Virus record (IMG/VR): IMGVR_UViG_3300035664_000006
Location: 1-64,000 of that record
Source: a virus
Length of the DNA: 64,000 nucleotides
Strand: one strand, 5' to 3'
The position numbers and the translations under genes are program-made. This document shows positions 1 to 9,843 of this stretch, in pieces. Every line of letters starts with the position of its first letter. Position 1 is the stretch's first letter. The notes under the pieces are model-generated. The model was not told where the DNA came from, did no database searches, and worked only from the letters and a program-made list of their open reading frames with translations.

Positions 1-490
1 TACCAGTGATGATATAGATTGGGTATGACAAGTAGAACTCGATGATGTGACTTGGAGTAAAGTCAGTATCACGAACGATAGTTTGGTGCCATGTACCGTC
101 TTGCTCTGTGAAGTAAGAAGCACCCCAATAGATAGCCCATCCATAACAGACTAGCCAGGTCCAGTGAGTGAAGTGGCGGTGTAATTCTTCTCTTGGAGCC
201 AATGATTGGCCGGACATCATAGCACGATCTCTTGTTTTCCAAATGTATCCATTGATACCAGCAAATAATAATACCTCAGCTACGATTTCAATGTACAACA
301 TGTTCATCCAGTATTTCTCAAATTCAGGTGCAAACGAGTCAAGACCAGCTGACCAGCCATAAACACCTTCGTACCAACGAATGAATGAATAGAATACCAA
401 ATAGAGCATCATACCAGCCCATAGGTTTACTTTATTTAACAACGGTGCAGCAGATGCATCGCTTTTTACGTTTTCAGATATAGCAGCCAT
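1..490 (-). CDS. pmoC: Particulate methane monooxygenase subunit C (3' end runs off window)
   Basis: Manual translation from ATG at 490: MAAISENVKSDASAAPLLNK...WYEGVYGWSAGLDSFAPEF...WGASYFTEQDGTWHQTIVRDTDFTPSHIIEFYLSYPIYIITG. Includes the PmoC/AmoC metal ligands (D,H,H); GGAGG RBS. Missing from the ORF track. Confidence 0.97.
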   Translation of the reverse strand, partial: MAAISENVKSDASAAPLLNKVNLWAGMMLYLVFYSFIRWYEGVYGWSAGLDSFAPEFEKYWMNMLYIEIVAEVLLFAGINGYIWKTRDRAMMSGQSLAPREELHRHFTHWTWLVCYGWAIYWGASYFTEQDGTWHQTIVRDTDFTPSHIIEFYLSYPIYIITG

Positions 491-597
491 TTTATACCTC
501 CTAATAGGTTTTATTGACTTTTAAATTCGGTTTAACGCCCGTTAAACCAGCTCGCGGGAGATAGAGCTACAACAACTGTTTAGTAGTTGATGTAAAT

Positions 598-626
598 ATT
601 ATATATCAGTGTGTCATGTTTGTCAA
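598..626 (-). promoter_or_regulatory. sigma70-type promoter for pmoC
   Basis: TTGACA-17nt-TATAAT, followed by a ~100-nt hairpin-rich leader. Confidence 0.8.
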
Positions 627-654
627 TTATTATTTATAATTACCTAGTAAAAAA

Positions 655-1968
655 CTAAAGTTTTTCACCTGGTGTGAAACCTCTAAAACATTTGAATCTT
701 GGAAACCGTAAGCTATAGGTACCGTCTCTGTTTTTAGTTATTGCATCAGCACGGATTTCAGCCAATTCACCAACAATTGTGCTACGGGACTGCCATATAT
801 CAAATCGAAGCTGGTCACTGAAACCACTACCAATGTTAACCAAGATTTCTCTGCCATCGTCGATGCCTTTACATACCAGCGCACCTGTGACTCCTTCATA
901 CTTACCTGTTCCTTCTTCAACGCTTACTATTCGTAAAGTTACTTCGATAAATGGTTTAAGTTTTAACCAAGCAACTGATCTATCACAGACATATGGTGCG
1001 TTGGGATCTTTTATTAGCATCCCTTCATATCCACCATCAATTGCCGTTTGATTGATTTCAAGATATCTGTTATAGCCATCAGTTGTGTCCAAATCAACTA
1101 ATTCTTGTTTTACCACTCTCACATTAAGCAGTTGTAGGAAAATCTTATCTTCAAACCAAGATTTCAGATTATTTGAACGTTGATGTTGTGAAACTTTGTA
1201 TGAACCTTTTTCAAAATCTGCTAATGGAATCATATCAAATAGATAAAGGATTGCATCATTAGTTGATACATTTTCCTTACGATTTACCTGAGTCATCAGA
1301 TCTTGGAATGATGAACTCATAATTTCCCCATCAAACACAGTGGGTTCTGTAAGAGTTTTAGCTACAAATGAAAATTGTTGTTTAACTTGTTCAAAATTTA
1401 ATAACTCTTTACCATTACGGCTATACTGGTCAACCCGACCACTCGGATAGACCACAGTAAGAATCCTAACTCCATCGAGTTTAACTTCCAGTAGTTTTTT
1501 CCCGGATACCTTAGATTCGTGGTTAGCACTATCATGGGCAAGCTGGCAACTGAAAACAGGAATAGCATAATCAGCATGTTTCTTTACTACTTTATTAATA
1601 GTTTTTACACTAGTACCACATCGTAGGTCTTTAATCAAGATTCTACGATACCAATTATTCCACTGTTCTTTAGTGGATTTGGCCATTAACTCTTTTATGG
1701 TGTCTCTAGCAAGATTGCCAGTACATGAACGATCAATAAAAGTAGAAACATGGTTAAAAAAATCATCCCAAGCAAGTCCAGGTCCGTCTTCATCGGTTTT
1801 CTCCTCGATTTGTTTAAGGCCAAATGTAGTGGTAGCACTAAGAGCCAACTTGCATCCTTCAAAGAAAGTATCATTGTTGGAAGTTAGCTCTTCTTTAATG
1901 ATACGTTCTTTTACCAATCGGCTATTGTCTGATTCTAATCGGTTAATTACCGTCCATGGGTGTCTCAT
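655..1968 (-). CDS. lig: ATP-dependent DNA ligase
   Basis: KLDGVR adenylation motif, EGMLIK, WLKLKP, SLRFPRF. Confidence 0.95.
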   Translation of the reverse strand: MRHPWTVINRLESDNSRLVKERIIKEELTSNNDTFFEGCKLALSATTTFGLKQIEEKTDEDGPGLAWDDFFNHVSTFIDRSCTGNLARDTIKELMAKSTKEQWNNWYRRILIKDLRCGTSVKTINKVVKKHADYAIPVFSCQLAHDSANHESKVSGKKLLEVKLDGVRILTVVYPSGRVDQYSRNGKELLNFEQVKQQFSFVAKTLTEPTVFDGEIMSSSFQDLMTQVNRKENVSTNDAILYLFDMIPLADFEKGSYKVSQHQRSNNLKSWFEDKIFLQLLNVRVVKQELVDLDTTDGYNRYLEINQTAIDGGYEGMLIKDPNAPYVCDRSVAWLKLKPFIEVTLRIVSVEEGTGKYEGVTGALVCKGIDDGREILVNIGSGFSDQLRFDIWQSRSTIVGELAEIRADAITKNRDGTYSLRFPRFKCFRGFTPGEKL

Positions 1969-1969
1969 A

Positions 1970-2128
1970 TTAATCCCTCGATTCGCCTAACACTAATAAA
2001 AAGATAGCAGCAAGTGGAGGTGATACAATTGCACTGATCAAGAACCACCAGAAAAAACTTCTGTTTCTATTTGAAGCACCATATGCTACTACAAAACAAA
2101 ATATAAGCCAAATTAATCCAAAAAACAT
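1970..2128 (-). CDS. Small membrane protein (52 aa)
   Basis: MFFGLIWLIFCFVVAYGASNRNRSFFWWFLISAIVSPPLAAIFLLVLGESRD; below the ORF-track cutoff. Confidence 0.6.
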   Translation of the reverse strand: MFFGLIWLIFCFVVAYGASNRNRSFFWWFLISAIVSPPLAAIFLLVLGESRD

Positions 2129-2130
2129 TG

Positions 2131-2751
2131 TTATACCCTCTTTGTAATAATTTCATCACACAAACCGTATTCAACTGCTTCTTGTGCAGATAAGAATGTG
2201 TCAAATTTCATTGTTTCAAACAATTCTTCATATGTCTTACCTGCGGTATTGTGATGTACATACAATTCTGTTAGTCTTTGATTTAAATACTTCGATTCGT
2301 TAAAATGTCTAGTGGCATCTTCGAATTGTAAATCTTGAACATGTACTGAACCTCTAGTACCAGGTGTGCCTGAGCTAACACGATGGATCATTGTACGTGA
2401 CTGAGGTAATGCAAATCGTTTACCTGGAGCACCGGCTTGTGCTAAGAATGAACCCATCGAACATGCTTGACCAATAATAATAGTCGATACATCCGGTTTA
2501 ATGAATTGCATTGTATCGTAAATAGCTAGTCCAGCGGAAACACTACCACCTGGACTATTGATATAGAATTGAATATCGTCATTTCCTTGACTTTCTAGGA
2601 ATAAGAATTGAGCAACAAGGATACTTGCTGAATGTTCATTCACATCTGTATCTAGCATTACGATACGATCTTTTAGTAAACGACTGTAAATGTCATATGA
2701 ACGTTCGCCACGTGCTTCTTGTTCTACGACCATAGGGATTAATGACGGCAT
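2131..2751 (-). CDS. clpP: Clp protease proteolytic subunit
   Basis: [24 protein letters not shown] (catalytic Ser), MIH. Confidence 0.95.
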   Translation of the reverse strand: MPSLIPMVVEQEARGERSYDIYSRLLKDRIVMLDTDVNEHSASILVAQFLFLESQGNDDIQFYINSPGGSVSAGLAIYDTMQFIKPDVSTIIIGQACSMGSFLAQAGAPGKRFALPQSRTMIHRVSSGTPGTRGSVHVQDLQFEDATRHFNESKYLNQRLTELYVHHNTAGKTYEELFETMKFDTFLSAQEAVEYGLCDEIITKRV

Positions 2752-2996
2752 TTTATTTCCTCGTGTGTTAAAATTATGTGTATTATATTATATTAGTTGC
2801 ACATTGTCAACTTTATTTGTGATCGTCGTCTTCTTTTTTTTCTAATTCTTGGTATTTCTCTAATTTAGCTTCAAGACATATAATCGTGTCTTCAAGCTGT
2901 TCAATGTGATTTGCAACCTGTTTAAAAAACTCTGATGAATTCTCAGCAGTCATTCTTAGCATATCACTTACTTTTTGTGGGGCTTCTTGTGTCATG

Positions 2997-3836
2997 TTAA
3001 ATCTCGATAATTAAATTTGGGTTCCAGCCAGTATTTTCACTGTATCTATCACTTTCATATCCTCGTGGATTACATACTAACCGGGTAGTTCCTATTTTAT
3101 AATCTAATACCTCATGGGTATGTCCAAAAGTCCAAAGAACAATTTTTGGATTATCGATTATAAACTTAGATAAATCACTATGATACCCACCGTTCATTTC
3201 ATATTGATCTGCATATTTGTCTACTATACTTAGATAGCTAGGTGAATGATGAGTTACTACTACTATTTTTTTATCAGAAGGTGCATTTTCAACCATCATT
3301 TCGATATAATCCATGCTTTTATGATGTCTATCGATGGTGTCAGCCATCTGCAACTTTCTATAGCCTTTATGATCATTCTTTATAAGAGCATAATCATTCA
3401 TCATGAAAGGAAGTTGATACATTGTTAGTGGATCACCCTTATGTGCATCTGTCCATAATGTTGCTCCAATGAACATTACATCATCAATAATAATAGATGA
3501 ATTTTCTAAAAAATGTACATTTGGATATAGTGAGCATTCTTCTTTCAAGTAATCTAATCCTGCATGAAATTTACCTTGGTAGAATTCATGATTACCAGCA
3601 ACATATATCACATCTTTAAAAGTATCTGAACATGATTGTAAGAATTTTCTAAATTCAAGAGCGGTTTCATATCTAGTTGAATTATTTGCATGTCCATTAA
3701 AATCTGCAGGGTAATCATGTAAATATTCTGACATCAATATGTCGCCAGATAGAATTAAAACATCTGCTTGTTGGCTATTAGTCAATGTAATCGGACTAAA
3801 TTCCATATGTAAATCACTAACTACTGTTATTTTCAT
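2997..3836 (-). CDS. Calcineurin-like metallophosphoesterase
   Basis: SDLH, GD, GNHE, HH, GHTH motifs. Confidence 0.9.
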   Translation of the reverse strand: MKITVVSDLHMEFSPITLTNSQQADVLILSGDILMSEYLHDYPADFNGHANNSTRYETALEFRKFLQSCSDTFKDVIYVAGNHEFYQGKFHAGLDYLKEECSLYPNVHFLENSSIIIDDVMFIGATLWTDAHKGDPLTMYQLPFMMNDYALIKNDHKGYRKLQMADTIDRHHKSMDYIEMMVENAPSDKKIVVVTHHSPSYLSIVDKYADQYEMNGGYHSDLSKFIIDNPKIVLWTFGHTHEVLDYKIGTTRLVCNPRGYESDRYSENTGWNPNLIIEI

Positions 3837-3838
3837 TT

Positions 3839-4057
3839 TTATAACCTGTAAATTACTCTTCCCTTGTTAAGATCGTATGGGCTAACCTCGATCTTTACTT
3901 TATCCCCTTGGATAACCCTGATTTTATGTTGTTTAAGTTTTCCACCCAAATAACATACCAAAACATGTTCGGTATTTTCTACCTGTACTTTAAACATATT
4001 ACCAGGTAATACATCATTGACCATACCGGTCATTTCTATCATATCTTCTTTACTCAT
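3839..4057 (-). CDS. infA: Translation initiation factor IF-1
   Basis: MSKEDMIEMTG...LPGNMFKV...GDKVKIEVSPYDLNKGRVIYR. Confidence 0.95.
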   Translation of the reverse strand: MSKEDMIEMTGMVNDVLPGNMFKVQVENTEHVLVCYLGGKLKQHKIRVIQGDKVKIEVSPYDLNKGRVIYRL

Positions 4058-4220
4058 TCTTTCGGATTATTAATCCTTCATTCTCCACTTTAATTGTTAA
4101 GGTATCACCTGGTTGCCAACCCATTTCTGCACGAATTTCTTCTGGTATGTTCATTAAAACATTATCAGAATCACCTGGTATTTCTTCAAATATATCTTCT
4201 ACGCTATAAGTAGTTGTCAT
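4050..4220 (-). CDS. AbrB/MazE-like small DNA-binding protein
   Basis: ...LMNIPEEIRAEMGWQPGDTLTIKVENEGLIIRK (manual translation). Confidence 0.7.
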   Translation of the reverse strand: MTTTYSVEDIFEEIPGDSDNVLMNIPEEIRAEMGWQPGDTLTIKVENEGLIIRKNE

Positions 4221-4788
4221 CTTTATTAGGTATTACTACCCATCCTATTTTCTTTAAGTCTGCTTTAATTTCATCAGTAACAAAACCTTCGCCAACAAAT
4301 CCTTCTCTGTCTCCATCTTTATCACCGATACCAGTACAATACCAATCGATATAGTCACCTTCTTCTTTGATATCTGCTATTATACCACCAGCATATCGCC
4401 AACTACAAGACCAATATTCTTCCTTTAGTATATCCCAGGTATTTTCTGGTTGTATAAATTGATTATTACATAGTGCAGCGTATAAGTTTTGAGCATAATT
4501 TTCTGATTCTTTAACCTTTGCTATAACCCAAGCAGTTGAACGCAGATCATATTCCATGTTATTTTTTTGCCAGACTGGATCTTGTTCTCTATCTTTTTTT
4601 TGTTGATCAAAATTAAGTAAGCTACTAAAATAATCATCATTTTCTGGATTGATACCTTCTTGTTCCAATGATTTTAGTCTGCATTCTTTACGAAATGAAC
4701 CACGTTCTAGGCTACTGTTTAGTTTTTTATTCATGATGGTGTACTTATCATTTATGGTATTCTCCTTGAAAACAATGTCGAACTTCAT
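4204..4788 (-). CDS. Hypothetical phage protein
   Basis: Long ORF in a co-oriented gene run; true start probably near 4736. Confidence 0.6.
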   Translation of the reverse strand: MKFDIVFKENTINDKYTIMNKKLNSSLERGSFRKECRLKSLEQEGINPENDDYFSSLLNFDQQKKDREQDPVWQKNNMEYDLRSTAWVIAKVKESENYAQNLYAALCNNQFIQPENTWDILKEEYWSCSWRYAGGIIADIKEEGDYIDWYCTGIGDKDGDREGFVGEGFVTDEIKADLKKIGWVVIPNKDDNYL

Positions 4789-5077
4789 GGCCTACTGTTA
4801 GCATGTTGGTATTTTTGGATGTATATATGACACAGCTGTCTTGAAATATATAATTGTGTTGCCACTGAGAACATGCAAGGACTTTATATGGAAATGGCTT
4901 TCCAACTGCTTGGATTCTTAACTTATCACAAGTTGCTTGGATATTATCCGAGGTTTTCCATTCTATTTTGCTTGAAGTAGTAAAATTGTTATTAGTTGAA
5001 AACTTTGCATATGGATCATCATAGTCAGCCGCGTGTACTGACGATGACAGTAATAGTAAAATTAGTAATTGTTTCAT
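4748..5077 (-). CDS. Exported protein with HExxH motif
   Basis: Signal-peptide-like N-terminus; GHEVRH. Confidence 0.55.
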   Translation of the reverse strand: MKQLLILLLLSSSVHAADYDDPYAKFSTNNNFTTSSKIEWKTSDNIQATCDKLRIQAVGKPFPYKVLACSQWQHNYIFQDSCVIYTSKNTNMLTVGHEVRHCFQGEYHK

Positions 5078-5259
5078 TTATTCTCAAGTGTGTGTGTAAA
5101 ATGGGCTAAACGGGAGGATTTGAATCACCAAGGGTTATCCAGTGCCTATAATTGAGTAGAGGTATAACACCAATTAAGTCTATGTGGTACATTATATATG
5201 ATTTTATGATGATGTCAAGATTTTTAGGTGACCCCATCTTATCGATGGGGTTTATATGT

Positions 5260-6477
5260 TTAAGGGCCGGTAAATGCAACCCAGTCAGTTCCATTGTATC
5301 CATAGAAATGATTACTTGTACTATTAAATATTATCCATCCCTTTTCTGGGTTAGCTGGAAATGAACCAGTTGAGTATGATGTTGCTTTGATTACCGGTGC
5401 ATTAAACACCCCTTTACTATCAAACGTAAATTCGTTATAATTTTCAGTATTATTTCCCGTCATTACCGTTATAGTAGTTGATGGGTGTATAGTACTCATC
5501 ACCGCGTCACTATCTAATTGAGAAATTATACCTGAAGTAGTAACATAAATGGAGTCTTCAGTTTCTTTATATGCATTAAATAACAAAGACCCTATGATAT
5601 CATTGGGTGATAACGCACTAGGTGAATTAATATCACCATTTGCTGATAATAACGATATATTAGGTGAGTTAACTATATCAGTACCTCTTGTTATTCCAAG
5701 TACTGTTAACATGTCAATTGCACCTGAATTTATAGTCAACCCATCTGAAAATATGTTAGATTCATTTAACGTAATCGAGCTAGTACCAATACTAGTAGAA
5801 ACTATTGTACCAGTTATGTCTATATTTCCAGTACCTGAAATAGATTTTGTATTTAAATCTAAATTAGAACCCAATTTACCATTCAAGGTAGTTGCAGTAA
5901 TATTACCATTGATAATAATATTACCAGTACCTGAAATAGATTTTGTATTTAAATCTAAATTAGAACCCAATTTACCATTCAAGGTATTTGCAGTAATATT
6001 ACCATTGATATTAATATTACCAGTTCCAGTTAAATTGTGTGAATTTAACGATAAATCACCACCTAATGATGGGCTTGGGTCATCTACTAATTCTTCTATA
6101 CCACCGGCTCCCAATGATACAGTTGCAAGTATTTTATTAAGGGTGTCATCATATGTAAATGATATATTACTATGACCAACATTATGGGTTAATAATGATG
6201 CTGAGGCATCCTGTGCTCTATCAGTGGTAAAATATAGGTTGGTTCCTTCTGTAATATTAGATGTTGATAAATTTGTACCACTAATATCGAGTTGTTGGGT
6301 TGAATCATTCCATGAAAGGCCAGCTCCCACAGTTGTCTTTAATACGTTTACACCACCAACTGTTACACCATCTCCCACAAATAGTTTTTTACTATCCGTA
6401 GTATATGCAATTTCACCAAGATCAAAGGTAGTTGTTTGACGTTGTGATTCTGTTCCTCTTCTAATTCGTAGCGACAT
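5260..6477 (-). CDS. Tail fibre / virion structural protein
   Basis: LRIRRGT...GEIAYTTDSKKLFVGDG N-terminal fibre motif; Gly/Asn/Thr-rich repeats; late-type TATAAATA upstream. Confidence 0.75.
   Translation of the reverse strand: MSLRIRRGTESQRQTTTFDLGEIAYTTDSKKLFVGDGVTVGGVNVLKTTVGAGLSWNDSTQQLDISGTNLSTSNITEGTNLYFTTDRAQDASASLLTHNVGHSNISFTYDDTLNKILATVSLGAGGIEELVDDPSPSLGGDLSLNSHNLTGTGNININGNITANTLNGKLGSNLDLNTKSISGTGNIIINGNITATTLNGKLGSNLDLNTKSISGTGNIDITGTIVSTSIGTSSITLNESNIFSDGLTINSGAIDMLTVLGITRGTDIVNSPNISLLSANGDINSPSALSPNDIIGSLLFNAYKETEDSIYVTTSGIISQLDSDAVMSTIHPSTTITVMTGNNTENYNEFTFDSKGVFNAPVIKATSYSTGSFPANPEKGWIIFNSTSNHFYGYNGTDWVAFTGP
5828..5986. repeat. Tandem coding repeat, 96-nt period (32 aa)
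   Basis: TLNGKLGSNLDLNTKSISGTGNI duplicated at the DNA level. Confidence 0.85.
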
Positions 6478-6553
6478 GTGCTATCTCCATATTTCTGTGA
6501 TCTTAATAGATCTGTATAGTGTATTTATAAAAAATAGGAGATATATATAAACA

Positions 6554-6582
6554 AAAAAAATAGGACCCGAAGGTCCTATTTT
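6554..6582. terminator. Intrinsic terminator, probably bidirectional
   Basis: taggacc-cgaa-ggtccta flanked by A and T runs. Confidence 0.75.
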
Positions 6583-7484
6583 TATTTTTCTAGAAAATTT
6601 CTAACCCATTGTAACCTATCTTGTTCATCTAATGCAGTAAATTCATCGATATTGGCCTGAATATGGGCAATAAGTGGATAATACTCCTCATCAACTTTTT
6701 CTTTTACATTAGATGCCAACAATTTAGTGGTATTTGGGTTACGTGCTACAAATTTTTTCACCAAGTAATATGGTGATTTTATTTTAGCACTAATTCCATC
6801 ACTTGTATAAAACACAAACCCTTCATGTTTTACACATTTTACGATTTTTAACAGTGTTCCAACAGTTAGTTGATGGAATTTTACTTCGTGGCATTGAAAC
6901 TGTTTTGATAACAAATACAATTCACCAGGTTCAACCATTATTTTACTGTTCCAGTAATTTTCACGATAACCCAAAAGGTGCATACCAACTTCTTCTGGTA
7001 TGATATGTGGATCATTTGGATGCACACATTCAAACATAAAGGTAAATCCCTTCCAGTTTTTACAAACTTCACGGTACACTTCACGATCTATCAATTCCAA
7101 TGCCATTTTTACATAGTCAGAATCAGTTGACCCAGTAGTTGATACCAAGATATCATCATTGTACCAAGTTATAGCAACCATAAAGCCATTAACTTTACGA
7201 AATGCTGATACTATGACAGAATCATCTAAAATTGGAGCACGTTTTTCGATACCATAGTTATAAATCTTAGTAAATGGACGTGAAACAATGTTGTAATCGT
7301 CATCAACCAATGTTCCACGACATTCTTCTAAATATTCATTCCATAAGTTGTCATAAAAGACTTTTTTCTTGTATTTCAATACATAAACTCCTGGATATGA
7401 TGTTTCTTTACGTGAAACCAAATTTGGATTGTTTTCTACAAAGTGTTTTATATCTTGGTTAACTAAAAAAGTCATTATTTCCAC
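6582..7484 (-). CDS. RNA ligase (T4 Rnl1-like)
   Basis: ECRG...SRPFTKIYN, KVNG motif I, FE, EGFV, KIKSPYY. Confidence 0.85.
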   Translation of the reverse strand: MEIMTFLVNQDIKHFVENNPNLVSRKETSYPGVYVLKYKKKVFYDNLWNEYLEECRGTLVDDDYNIVSRPFTKIYNYGIEKRAPILDDSVIVSAFRKVNGFMVAITWYNDDILVSTTGSTDSDYVKMALELIDREVYREVCKNWKGFTFMFECVHPNDPHIIPEEVGMHLLGYRENYWNSKIMVEPGELYLLSKQFQCHEVKFHQLTVGTLLKIVKCVKHEGFVFYTSDGISAKIKSPYYLVKKFVARNPNTTKLLASNVKEKVDEEYYPLIAHIQANIDEFTALDEQDRLQWVRNFLEK

Positions 7485-8026
7485 CCATGTAATCTAATTT
7501 CACCGGTTAATGCATCTTTTACGATATCATCTAATAATGATACCACGTTTCCAGTTGCATCGAACCCAACATCACGAACTCTACAATGAGTCAATCCGCT
7601 AGGATTACCATGTAGATGACCGTGCAACATCACTGACCCCCTATGACATTGATTCCATTCTGAAATTGGATAATGCATCATACAAATTTTATGACCATTA
7701 TGATTAATTTCAAGATATTTGTGAATAGCCTCAAAGCAATTACGAAATTCAGCATTTTCAACTAATTTATTATCATGGTTTCCTTCAATAAGGATTTTAC
7801 GACCATTCAATCGTTGAATATATGCTGTTGCTTTTGATGGTTTACAGAATGCAACATCACCAAGGATATAAATTAAGTCATCTGGTGATACATTTTCATT
7901 CCATATCCTAACCATTTCTTCATTCATATGATTTGCATCATTGAATTTTCTGGTGTCAGGGTTAAATTTCAAAATATTAGCGTGATCAAAATGTAGTCAA
8001 AGGTCTGACGTTATAAAAACTTTCAT
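7475..8026 (-). pseudogene. Metallophosphoesterase with in-frame TGA at codon 10
   Basis: MKVFITSDL*LHFDHANIL...LGD...GNHD...HYP...HGHLH; TGA at 7997-7999. Confidence 0.7.
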
Positions 8027-8319
8027 CAGACTACCTCCTTACTCATTACGAGTGATAAACAATGTTGATGTTCTACCCAAATACCATTAAATTGGGTAAT
8101 CTTTTTATATAATGTGTGTATTATACTTTGTTTTTCTTCATCTGTCAACTTTCTATCATTAAATCCCTTCGATATATTTTTGGAATGTGAGATAAATTGT
8201 AAATTTACTGGATGGCGTAAAAGTTGGTATGGTATATTGAATTCAAATCCAAGTTTTCTTGGTACGATATGATCTCGAACCCATCCCTTTGTGTTTTTAT
8301 TACTAAATATACCAAACAT
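8026..8319 (-). mobile_element. HNH homing endonuclease fragment
   Basis: RDHIVP...HPVNLQF...N; resembles the C-terminus of the 13471 ORF. Confidence 0.6.
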
Positions 8320-8903
8320 TTTTAAATTTGATTAAGTGTAGATCGGATGTTATCCATGTATTCATTGTTTTAAGTCTCGTATTCGGTCCATAGCGAAGAT
8401 ATAAACATGTTTAAATTCATCACCAGTAGGGCAGGTTGTTGTTAAATCTGCTAAATTATTACATATATCTGAACATTCGTCAATAGTTTTATTTCGGAGT
8501 TCATTTATTAACGTAGCTAACTCTTGTTTGTTGAAAACATAGCCATGTTCTCGTTCATAAAACGAATCCAAGTTATTCAATATGCTCATAATTACTCCAT
8601 TTATTGATAAATTTATCGTGTTTTTCTTTAGTCATAAAATGTAATGTATCGACACCTGATTTATAACAATAATATGGATTTAGCATACCATCGTGCTTCT
8701 GTAATTCAGAGTACATATGACTTACATATGTAGAATAATCATTGGTTGATGCCATTAGATAAGCTTCAAAGTTTCTCCAATAAGCTGGTTTACTTGTATC
8801 TGTAAATTCTGTTTTATAACCTTGCATAATATCACTACCATCGATGTATTAAAATTGAATTATACATCATTAAGATGGTAATGTCAATAAATAGTTTGGA
8901 TAA

Positions 8904-9188
8904 CTACTCACTGTTTTTAATTTTATCAAACAGTTCTTGTTGTTCTTTTTTATATCTACGATACTGGCATTCTAACGTTTTGTATACAATGAAATATAAA
9001 AACATACCAATTCCATATATAACAACAAATATTGCCAATGGGAAAGCATACTCATTAGGTAAGAAAGCTAATGACCATCCTATAACCAGTACGATTATTG
9101 ATAAAACTGTAATCCAGTTGGTATCTTTAAACAACCATTGTATAAAATACCATAGTTCTTTAATTTTGTGTTTCATTCTATTGCCCAA
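8904..9188 (-). CDS. Two-TM membrane protein
   Basis: Two hydrophobic helices and a charged tail. Confidence 0.55.
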   Translation of the reverse strand: MGNRMKHKIKELWYFIQWLFKDTNWITVLSIIVLVIGWSLAFLPNEYAFPLAIFVVIYGIGMFLYFIVYKTLECQYRRYKKEQQELFDKIKNSE

Positions 9189-9613
9189 GATAAAATAAGG
9201 TTATCAACAACAGTAGCGGCTAATTTACCATCGTATTGCCCTGCATATTGTGCTTTTAATGCCTTTATTGCAGCTGGCTTACCACCTTCTTGAACATGTG
9301 GAATAATAAATGCTTCAATTTCTGCAGCAGTTAATTGTTTTGGCATGTAAACTTCAAGAATGCCTTTTTCAGTTTGATATAATGAAATATCAATACCTTT
9401 AGCAGTACCAACCGTAATACATTTGTCTAAATTCTTATCGAATTTCTTAATAACTGCAGAAACTTCGGCATCAGTTGATTCGCGTTTCCCATCATTCAAC
9501 CCAACATTGGCAGCTTCGCTATATAAAGTAGTTAATAGAGAAATTGCAGTTTTTGCAGTACCTTCTTTTCGTAAGGCAAATAAATCAGTTTTAATTTTAG
9601 CTAGTAATGTCAT
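9173..9613 (-). CDS. GatB/YqeY-domain protein
   Basis: LLAKIKTDLFALRK...EKGILEVYMPKQLT...YDGK. Confidence 0.8.
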   Translation of the reverse strand: MTLLAKIKTDLFALRKEGTAKTAISLLTTLYSEAANVGLNDGKRESTDAEVSAVIKKFDKNLDKCITVGTAKGIDISLYQTEKGILEVYMPKQLTAAEIEAFIIPHVQEGGKPAAIKALKAQYAGQYDGKLAATVVDNLILSWAIE

Positions 9614-9816
9614 TGTTTTTACCTTCTCTGTGTGTGTTGATCCAATTTACAGCTTCTTCAGCCAATGATGAATCTAGATTCGCGCCGACTATTACATCGG
9701 AAATAATATTACCAATTTCTATTAAATCAGGTTGGTATAATCCACAACCATTTTCTAATAAAACCTCGTTAATTTTGTCAAGTGTTTGTTCTATATATGT
9801 CATGATATTTATAATG

Positions 9817-9838
9817 AAAAAGGGGGCCGAAGCCCCCA
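9817..9838 (-). terminator. Intrinsic terminator after the TROVE-like gene
   Basis: GGGGGC-TTCG-GCCCCC-TTTTT. Confidence 0.85.
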
Positions 9839-9843
9839 GATTG

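Noticed and set aside
168-362. Plus-strand 64-aa ORF and similar antisense ORFs (e.g. 5549-6175, 49105-49467, 61455-61796)
   Set aside because: Shadows of well-supported minus-strand genes.
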